A stretch of DNA of 64,000 nt from Macrostomum lignano. Its lineage: Eukaryota. The stretch is from positions 679,393 to 743,392 of the forward strand of contig NIVC01000103.1 of assembly GCA_002269645.1 (NCBI GenBank), read 5' to 3'. Made by a program: the position numbers and the translations under genes. Below are positions 40,561 to 50,800 of the stretch, one piece after another (the stretch's first letter is position 1; every line of letters begins with the position of its first letter). Below the pieces are notes generated by a model. That model saw only the letters and a program-made list of their open reading frames with translations. It made no database searches and had not been told where the DNA came from.

Positions 40561-41344
40561 AGGGTAACTCTGAATTTTTTAAAACTATTTTTATCAATTC
40601 GCAAACGTTCTCATTAATCAAACAGACAAGGCGACGCAATGAAAAGTTGAGGAATTTTCGAACAGCCCACACGCGACAACAACAATAATTCATATTTCTC
40701 CTTTTTCTATCAACTCTTCAATTGCAAGAAAGATGGAGATAATTACAGGCGTTTTGCACGGTCTCTGTTTGCACGCCATGACATGACAGCTGTCACAGGG
40801 GCTGCATGGCATGCCTCAGACACCCCTCCTCATTGTGTGCAATTCTCACCTGCCCCTCCCACACCTTTGTATAAGATAAGGAAGAGTCTATAAAACTCCC
40901 ATTCCACCCAATGCGTCCACCATAGGTCGCCCATGCAGTCCCAAACCACCAGGCCAAATCTGATTGCATAACCTTTTCAAGGTTCCCAATGTCCTGTGTG
41001 CACAGATGATTTACTAAGGAGATATTGCTCCAGCTCCAGTCTTCAGCTGCGCCTCAACAATTGAGAATATCTGCTTAAGAATTAATGATGAAGAAAAAGC
41101 GAAACAGGTAGTCAGCTAGCTGTATATTTTTGCAGCTGTAAGCACAGGTGAAAAAAAGTGGATGAGAGGGGTGAGGGAACGACACGTGTCCGGGTTTTGG
41201 TGTTGGCAAACAGGAAGGCCGCATCCTTTCTCAAAATTCTTATTCTTGTAAAGCCTTGGTTTCTTAACCTTTTAAACTCTAGGGAGTTCTCCACACTTTT
41301 TTTATAAGAAGTGATCTAGACTAAGTAGGGTTCAAAACTCCTCC

Positions 41345-42270
41345 TTCAAGATGATTCACACTCCCCAATGAGAGGATTCACACCCCAGAGAGAGGATTCA
41401 CACCCCCAGAAGCCGGATTAACCCTCCAGAAACAGGATTCACAATCCCAGAGAGAGGATTCACACCCCCAGAGGCCGGATTAACCCCCCCCCCCAGAAAC
41501 AGGATTCACAATCCCAGAGAGAGGATTCACACTCCCAAATGAGAGGATTCACACCACAGAGAGAGGATTCACACTCCCCAATGAGAGGATTCACACCAAA
41601 GAGAGAGGATTCACACTCCCCAATGAGAGGATTCATACCCCAGAGAGAGGATTCACACTCCCAAATGAGAGGATTCACACCCCAGAGAGAGGATTCACAC
41701 CCCCAGAGAGAGTATTCACACCCCCAGAAGCCGGATTCACCCCCCCCCAGAAACAGGATTCACAATCCCAGAGAGAGGATTCACACTCCCAGAGAGAGGA
41801 TTCACACCACAGAGAGAGGATTCACACTCCCCAATGAGAGGATTCACACCACAGAGAGAGGATTCACACTCCCCAATGAGAGGATTCATACCCCAGAGAG
41901 AGGATTCACACTCCCAAATGAGAGGATTCACACCCCAGAGAGAGGATTCACACCCCCAGAGAGAGTATTCACACCCCCAGAAGCCGGATTCACCCCCCCA
42001 GAAACAGGATTCACAATCCCAGAGAGAGGATTCACACCCCCAGAGGCCGGATTCACCCCCCCCCCCAGAAACAGGATTCACAATCCCAGAGAGAGGATTC
42101 ACACTCCCAGAGAGAGGATTCACACTCCCAGAGAGAGGATTCACACTCCCAGAGAGAGGATTCACACTCCCAGAGAGAGAGAGAGAGAGAGAGATTCACA
42201 CCTTCAGAGAGAGGCCGGATTCACACTCCCAGAGAGAGGATTCACACTCCCAGAGAGAGGATTCACACCG

Positions 42271-42303
<33 letters not shown>

Positions 42304-42499
42304 CACACCTTCAGAGAGAGGCCGGATTCACACTCCCAGAGAGAGGATTCACACTCCCAGAGAGAGGATTCACACTCCCAGAGAGAGGATTCACACTCCC
42401 AGAGAGAGAGAGAGAGAGAGAGATTCACACCTTCAGAGAGAGGCCGGATTCACACTCCCAGAGAGAGGATTCACACTCCCAGAGAGAGGATTCACACCG

Positions 42500-42532
<33 letters not shown>

Positions 42533-42711
42533 CACACCTTCAGAGAGAGGCCGGATTCACACTCCCAGAGAGAGGATTCACACTCCCAGAGAGAGGATTC
42601 ACACCGCCAGAGAGAGAGAGAGAGAGAGAGAGAGATTCACACCTTCAGAGAGAGGCCGGATTCACACTCCCAGAGAGAGGATTCACACTCCCAGAGAGAG
42701 GATTCACACCG

Positions 42712-42748
<37 letters not shown>

Positions 42749-42822
42749 CACACCTTCAGAGAGAGGCCGGATTCACACTCCCAGAGAGAGGATTCACACT
42801 CCCAGAGAGAGGATTCACACCG

Positions 42823-42855
<33 letters not shown>

Positions 42856-42890
42856 CACACCTTCAGAGAGAGGCCGGATTCACACCCCCA
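41345..42890. repeat. 21-22-bp minisatellite (GAGAGGATTCACACTCCCAGA) with higher-order units containing (GA)n
   Basis: 1.5-kb array; source of the ERGFTLP/REDSHSQ ORFs. Confidence 0.94.
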
Positions 42891-44374
42891 GAAAGATTAT
42901 TCACAGCTATCCACAATTAGGATCCACAATTAATAAGACTATTCACAATTCTGGTAGGTCTCACAGACCTACATGAGGATTTAGTATCCAGTTTTTTCAG
43001 AAACATATTTCAAAAGAAATTCGAGTCTGCATGGGGAGTTGTTTCAGTTCAAGTCGTGCATATGCATAGCAGAGCTTTTGTCTCTTCAAGAGGAGCGTTG
43101 TTAAGGTGTCAGACCTTTGCCCCGGCTGCAGCTATGACGCAACCTGCAGTTTTACAGCTCTCTTCATTGCTTAATTAAGATTTTTGCAGTGCAAATGACG
43201 AGCCCAAGTTCATGTAGATAAGATTGAAGGACGAATGCACGCATTGGATTCTGGGGATGCTGGAACTGCATGCATGGTTGCTGCGCGCTGTGATGGCTAT
43301 CAAAATTTTCTCCTGCCTGACGTGTGCAACAAGAATGTTGGACATCGCTCCGGAACCCGGGGGTCAAAGAGGCGAGAGAGAGAGAGAGAGAGAGAGAGAC
43401 TGGGACGAAACCGGAGTAAAAACGGGAAGACCGGACAAAACTTAGTTTTCCTCTCCATCCTCCTCATTCTCTGTGCTGTTGCGTAACATGGGTGGCTGCA
43501 TAGATCTTGGGATTCCGTCAGAGACTGCATGGTGGGAAGTGGGGAGCGTAACTTCGTCTGCATGGGATTCAATGCGTAAGCATCCGAAATCCACTTCAGG
43601 ATATTCAATTCTTACGATCAGTTGCTTGCAGAGATTTGCACGAGGTAATTGGGTGAGTCTGCAATTACTTGTACACACAAGTATAAAGTGACGAAGAACG
43701 TAAATCATAATGTTTATGAATTTGTACTGTTTTATTTCTCATTTTTGACTTCTGCTCTGCTTTGAAATCTTAAAGCTTCAATTACTCGTACAAAGCATAT
43801 CATGGTTTTCATAGAAAAATTCGATTTAAAATACACTCATCGTGTAGCCTAAAGTTCTTTTAAAATAAACTATACGTCTACTTATAGTAGGCTAGTAAAG
43901 AGTTTAGCATGTAATAAAAGTTCTGTAGCCTTAAAACTATTGACAATTGACGATTATGAATCATCTATGTAGAAGTCAGACAGGTTCTGGCAGTGTAGAT
44001 TATTTCTTAAATTCACCAAAGCTAAAAGTTAGGAAATTTGAAAAAAAAGTTTAGAAAATTGGCGTCACACAAAGGCAAATCTATGAATTTTTTGCTGAAG
44101 AATGGTTCACACAGAGTGTACATCTATACTTGCAGATTTCCATCAAATGTACTTTACTGTACTGCTTAAATGTCTAATACAGAACTTTATAAGAGGTGCC
44201 TTCTTGTATAAATTCTACGAGTACCTGAATCCTTGTTCACCGCTGCAAATTTGCTGGACAACCGCTGCTTATGGGTATCTAAAGTACAAGGGACTCTACA
44301 GTCGGTCGGTAAGAAACATCCATATAGAATTGTCGTCTCGACCAAACTTGTCTATGGCTGGAACCCTATTCTAG

Positions 44375-44660
44375 TAGAGCATAAACGGTCGGGGGTTCGA
44401 TTCTCTACCTAACTCGAAAACTTTTGTGTCCTTGATCAAGACACTTAACTCAGCATTGCGTCAGTTCACCCAGCTGTAACATGGATGCCAGCATTAGCTG
44501 GGGTAATTGAGGGGTGTGTGTGGAGTGGCTACACCCCCCCCCAAGTCCTTGGACTGAACAGCCGTACGCAGCTTTAAGATGCGACGTGCAATAGCTGCGG
44601 CTGAGCTGTCGGTTGCACATTTGGCCCAATTAGGTCAGGTGCAATAAAAAAGTGCTCTGA
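44375..44660 (+). mobile_element. tRNA-derived SINE with CORE-like central domain
   Basis: B-box ggttcgattc, then tgtgtccttgatcaagacacttaac...cgtcagttcacccagctgtaacatgg resembling the CORE/MIR-type block. Ends with aataaaaaa. Confidence 0.65.
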
Positions 44661-44762
44661 AAGCTTTCGCTAATGCATTTTTGCAGCAAAATGCATGCAG
44701 TCTCAAGTGAAATCGACAGTTCTTGTGTAATACAGTATGTAGAATTTAGTAGTCCATGGTCT

Positions 44763-44885
44763 CTACGCCAACTGCTCCACCGCTTCGTCCATGACCAGAC
44801 TGACCAGCGCGTTGGCCACGGAGTGCATCATGTCGCTGGATTCTCTGTAGCTCAGCTGGGCCTCCTGACCGGAGAAGTCCAGGCC
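44763..44885 (-). CDS. HEATR4: HEATR4-like terminal coding exon 11
   Basis: ttccgcag|GGC, GLDFSGQEAQLSYRESSDMMHSVANALVSLVMDEAVEQLA then TAG. Confidence 0.72.
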   Translation of the reverse strand, partial: GLDFSGQEAQLSYRESSDMMHSVANALVSLVMDEAVEQLA

Positions 44886-47800
44886 CTGCGGAACATTTGT
44901 TTGATTGTTGAATTTGATGTTGTTTTCTGCAGTTTCTGTAGGTACTTGCGGTGGTACTGGGGTGGTACTGGGGTGGCACTGGGGTGGTACTGAGGTGGCA
45001 CTGGGGTGGTACTGAGGTGGTACTGGGGTGGTACTGGAGTGGTACTGGGGTGGTACTGAGGTGGTACTGGGGTGGTACTGGGGTGGTACTGGGGTGGTAC
45101 TGGGGTGGTACTGGGGTGGTACTGGGGTGGTACTGGGGTGGTACTGGGTGGTACTGGGGTGGTACTGAGGTGGCACTGGGGTGGTACTGAAGTGGTACTG
45201 GGGTGGTACTGGGGTGGTACTGGGGTGGTACTGGGGTGGTACTGGGGTGGTACTGGGGTGGTACTGGGGTGGTACTGAGGTGGTACTGAGGTGGTACTGG
45301 GGTGGTACTGAGGTGGTGCTGGGGTGGTACTGAGGTGGTACTGGGGTGGTACTGGGTGGTACTGAGGTGGTACTGGGGTGGTACTGGGGTGGTACTGAGG
45401 TGGTACTGAGGTAGTACTGGGGTGGTACGGGGTGGTACCGGTTCATGCAACTGTCACGGGCTGGTTGTCACACTGAAGCCAAGGCTGCTCACCTGAACAG
45501 CGGCCACCCTGTCGATTTCGTCACGCCTCTCCGGCTGCAGGAAGCCCTCCAGCTCCGCGGCCCGCTGTTCGCCAATCTCCTGACCGGCCCAGCGCGCCCG
45601 CTGATCCTTGAGCGCCTCGGCCGGCAGCGACAGCTTGGAGCGCGCCGACTTGGCGGCTTCGTCGTCGGCCGAGGCGGAGCGGTGGCGCCGAGCTGACTGC
45701 TCGATTTCGTCGCGAAGCGAGATGGAGCCGCCGCCAGCATCCGAGCCGGAGGGCGAGTGGCGACGGCTGCGGAGAATGGCGAATCGGAAGCAACCGCGGC
45801 TATAGCAATACTCGTTGCTATGGTAACACCCGGCGCTAAGAAAACACTCGTTGCTAGGGTAAGACTCGTTGCTAGGGTAAGACTCGTTGCTAAGAGACCA
45901 CTCTTTGCTAGGGTAACGCTCGTTGCTAAGAGAACACTCGTTGCTATGATAACACAGAAAGCTATGAGAGGACTCGTAGCTATCGTAACACAGAAAGCTA
46001 TGAGAAAACTCGTTGCTATGGTAACACAAAGTGATGGCAACACCCATTGTAATACAGGCAGCACCCGATTTTAAGAAAACAACCGTTGCAATCAAAGCAC
46101 GGACGCTATGGTAAACAGACAGACTTGTATCTTTCTAACCTGTGCTTACCATGCTAATATCCCCTACCGCACTCACCCAGGTGTGGCAGCCGGCGTTGCC
46201 AGCAGTGACGATCGTTTCGACTTCGACGTCACCTGAGAGGTGGCCGGTCGCGAAGCAAAGTCGGCCGGCGACAATTCCGAGTCCTCCGGGATCAGCGAGA
46301 GACGGCCCTCGGCACCCCGCTCCAAGTCCTCCTCTTCCTCCGCTTCCCCATCGAGTTCCTCTTCCTCATCCTCGTCAAAGTCGCTCTCTTCTTCTTCTTC
46401 TTCTTCCTCCTCTGCGTCATCGTCCTGCTCCTCAATGATGTCCCTATCCTGGCTGTCAGCCAGCAGCTCGCGGCTGAACTGCACCGTACTTGAAGGAGCC
46501 TCGGTGGGCTCAACCTCCGTCTGCTGCTGCTGCTGAATCGGCGGCAGTGGACTGGGCGACTTCGGAATCATGCGCTGGTGCAAATCGGAAAATTCCTCAG
46601 CACGCTCGGCTTCCATCACCTCGCGACAGATTCGACCTTTCTCGTCCAGCTTACGAACGGCCTCTTTAATCTGGGCGACCGTATCGCCGTCGGCAGTCGG
46701 CGACAGGCCCATCGCTTGTAGGCCGAGCCGGAGCTGCTCGAGCACTAGCGGCGACTTCTCCACTAGGAGGCGGTCGCGCAGCGCCTGTTTGGCTGGTTCG
46801 TCCCGCAACCGCAGCTGCAGGGCGATGGTGCGGACGGCGGTGGCCCGGACTCGCTCCTCTGGCTCGAACCGGGCTGCCCACAGCAGCGTCTCTGCGACGT
46901 CGGTGCTGACCAAGCCGATGAGGCCGATGGCCTGCAAGGTGTGGAACATTTTTTGCATGCACTCGATTTCTAATTGGACGTCAATATAATCTCTTCTTCT
47001 TAAGGAAAGTACGTGTAGAATACAAGTGGATGGACGCCCTGCACTAATTTCGACAAAATTGTATCACAATCCCCTTCAAAGTATTAATGAGACTTTGGAG
47101 TTGGACCGACTGCGTTACACATCCGGGTACATGGGCGTAAGGGGATGTGAGACAAATAGCGTCGGGGGGGGGGTTGTATCAAACGTTTTATAGACAGACG
47201 ATTTCTACCTCGACGAAATGGAGGCTAACCTGAAGTTTTTAGATATAATGGTCGAAGTTGCTAATCTCCCTCACAACAATTTCTACTCATAGAAATCCCC
47301 AAAATGCTAAAATGGTCGGGTTTTAGTCATAACGGGAGCTTTTAGATTTTGACTCTTAAGTTCACATCCATCCCCTTTAAGGATCGAAGCTCCCTAGAAA
47401 CTATTTTGCTAACGAAACCTAGTGGCCTAAACTTGGAGGGAGGGTGGCAGGGCAGCTCAATGATAAACACGTCACGACCCCTGGTTCGATTCTGTGAGCA
47501 GCCGCATTATGTGACGCAGTTTCCGTCAACGCTGGTTGCGAGACGATGTGGCCGAAGGCGTTGCGTCAGGATGCTTACAAGAACACCTGTGCAAACTCAC
47601 CTGGATTGCTCTAGCTTTCACCTTCCACCAGGGGTCGTGAGCGGCCAGTCGGAGCAGGCCTCGCACGCACTGCTCGTCCCGGATGCGCAGGCGGCTGCAG
47701 GCAACGCAGGCGGCGATACGGACGGAGGCGTACTGGTCGTCGAAGCAGGCCAGGAAGGCCGGCATCAGTCGTCCCGTCATCACGCCGAGCAGGCCGAGCT

Positions 47801-50800
47801 TCTCAACAGCATCGGCGCGGATTCGTTCTCCGGATTCGCGAAGTCGACGAAGAATATCGTCGTGGACGTCTTTTCCGTGTCCTGTCTGGCCGAGAGCTTT
47901 GGCCGCCGAGCGACGTACCTGAGCGGAATTGGTCGGACTGGCATTGTAAAGGCGTTGTCTGCTGTTCTGTAATCTATAGGCCCTTGAAGTGACCATCAAC
48001 ATCAACGTGATTATTTGTTAAAAAGTTTTTCCTAGTCATACGAAGTAAAGAGTAAGGTTTCTCAGCCCGTATGTACTTTTATTCAACTTTCTCAGAGAGT
48101 GTTCGGCTTCAACTTGGTGGTCATAGAAAGGGTTCGGCTTTAACTTGGTGGTCATAGAAAGTAGGAAATAAACGTCAACAAAAACATAAAAAGTAAACTT
48201 TGTTTAATTCTAGCCAACGCGTTTCGTCAACGCGTTTCGCGTTGGCTAGAATTAAACAAAAAGTTTACTTTTTATGTTTTTGTTGACGTTTATTTTCCTA
48301 CTATTTGTTAGACGAGCTACACGGTCATAGAAAGGGTTCGGCTTCAACTTGGTGGTCATAGAAAGGGTTCGGCTTTAACTTGGTGGTCATAGAAAGGGTT
48401 CGGCTTCAACTTGGTGGTCATAGAAAGGGTTCGGCTTCAACTTGGTGGTCATAGAAAGGGTTCGGCTTTAACTTGGTGGTCATAGAAAGGGTTCGGCTTT
48501 AACTTGGTGGTCATAGAAAGGGTTCGGCTTTAACTTGGTGGTCATAGAAAGGGTTCGGCTTCAATTTGGTGGTCATAGAAAGGGTTCGGCTTTAACTTGG
48601 TGGTCATAGAAAGGGTTCGGCTTTAACTTGGTGGTCATAGAAAGGGTTCGGCTTTAACTTGGTGGTCATAGAAAGGGTTCGGCTTTAACTTGGTGGTCAT
48701 AGAAAGGGTTCGGCTTTAACTTGGTGGTCATAGAAAGGGTTCGGCTTCAATTTGGTGGTCATAGAAAGGGTTCGGCTTTAACTTGGTGGTCATAGAAAGG
48801 GTTCGGCTTCAATTTAGTGGTCATAGAAAGGGTTCGGCTTTAACTTGGTGGTCATAGAAAGGGTTCGGCTTTAACTTGGTGGTCATAGAAAGGGTTCGGC
48901 TTTAACTTGGTGGTCATAGAAAGGGTTCGGCTTTAACTTGGTGGTCATAGAAAGGGTTCGGCTTCAATTTAGTGGTCATAGAAAGGGTTCGGCTTTAACT
49001 TGGTGGTCATAGAAAGGGTTCGGCTTCAATTTGATGGTCATAGAAAGGGTTCGGCTTCAACTTGATGGTCATAGAAAGGGTTCGGCTTCAACTTGGTGGT
49101 CATAGAAAGGGTTCGGCTTTAACTTGGTGGTCATAGAAAGGGTTCGGCTTTAACTTGGTGGTCATAGAAAGGGTTCGGCTTCAATTTGGTGGTCATAGAA
49201 AGGGTTCGGCTTCAACTTGATGGTCATAGAAAGGGTTCGGCTTCAACTTGATGGTCATAGAAAGGGTTCGGCTTCAATTTGGTGGTCATAGAAAGGGTTC
49301 GGCTTCAATTTGGTGGTCATAGAAAGGGTTCGGCTTCAATTTGGTGGTCATAGAAAGGGTTCGGCTTTAAATTGACAATAAAAAAATGGCTTCTGAAGAT
49401 CACGGATGCTTTTGATCTTCAAAAGTCATTTGGGGTCCTATTTTATTTCAGTCCAGTTCATTCAATTTCCCCAAATTCCTCACCGCCTTATGCGAATCGT
49501 TCCACATCAGGTGGCTCAGCTTCTGAGCCAGGTCGCGATTAAGCGAACCATTCAGAGTAGGCAGAGTCTTGCAGACGATCACCCTGCGACGCCAGCTCGG
49601 ACTGTTGAGCTGTTCAGCCAGCAGGCCGTGCACCAGTGGCGTGTGCTGACTCAGGCTGGCCAGCAGCTGGGTGGTCACGTGATGTCGCAGCGTGTCCTCA
49701 TTAGTCATGAGCTCGTGCACCAGCGCCCCAATGACGTCGCTGTCAAAAGCGCCCTGACCGGCGAGGCACTGGACGGCGGCCCAGCGATCGTCGCCGCTGC
49801 CGTTCAGGAGGCAGTCGCGTAGGAGGGCCTCGGCTCGCGGCGTGGGCTTGTTGGTCTGGTACAGGCAGATTGCGGCGGCGTGCCGCACCTGGGCAGGTAT
49901 GATTTTTTAATACTCGACTGTTAGGAGGAATGATAGCCACTAATTGTACTGTAGGCTGTCAATTAAGACGAACCTAAACCTTACTACGGTGCTTTGACAA
50001 TCATCTTAATTATCATCGCTATATTGTCTGTTAAAAATTAAAGTTTCACGGGCCTATAGAATTTAGATGGGACAGTTACTGTCGCTGAGTACCTGCCAAT
50101 CATGCCTGTATCTGTTAGGTAACTCTTTTCTATAAACCCAATTTTGACAGACAACTACAGGGTACGAGCGTTAGACTGCAGTTTTTCATCTTACACACAA
50201 AAGATAAGGGAGAGTGTTAGACATAAGAAACTATAGCTAAAATGTAATGTTTGTGACAGATTTTTATTCATTAATTATCTAGAATAGTTGACTACCCGAA
50301 GGGGGTATGGACCACAGAATATACACAGAATGGTGAATTAGTTCTCTCGCAAAAAAATCTTGCTCCGAAACTATATTCGCGATATGCTGCTAATGATGAG
50401 GCGCGTGATAAGTAGTAGATTTAGGCAGCTAGTGCCATAGACAGCGGTTAGGTGAGCTGTCCACAGAATATACTGTATATACTGTGAATACTCTGTGGAG
50501 CTGTCAGCCGATGCAATATTTTCGATAGCAAGCGGCAGCATGAATGCTAAGACAAAATCCAAGATCCAATGCGCAGCTTACGGGTGCCCGCACTACGCAA
50601 ATAAGTGCCCACCGCAGACGCGCTTCCATCGCTTTCCAGCGGATAGAAATCGGTATGAGCCATTACAATTGCAAGTAGTGTAAATTAGATAAGTTGACAT
50701 AGAAATACAATATTGCGCTTTAGATGCGAAGATTGGGCGAAGAGAATTTTTCGTGCCGACCTGCTAGGCAAGAGTAATGAGAGGAAGTGGAAGACTGCCA

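Noticed and set aside
41539-42976. 464-aa and 380-aa ORFs
   Set aside because: Products of the 21-bp and (GA)n array, overlapping in different frames.
44746-45450. PPQYHPSTT repeat ORF as a coding extension of HEATR4
   Set aside because: It lies between a good donor (45492) and a good acceptor (44886) and is an 11-bp repeat open in two frames.
47470-47500. tRNA gene from GGTTCGATTC
   Set aside because: Isolated B-box with no cloverleaf. The other B-boxes (~44395, ~51590) belong to SINEs.
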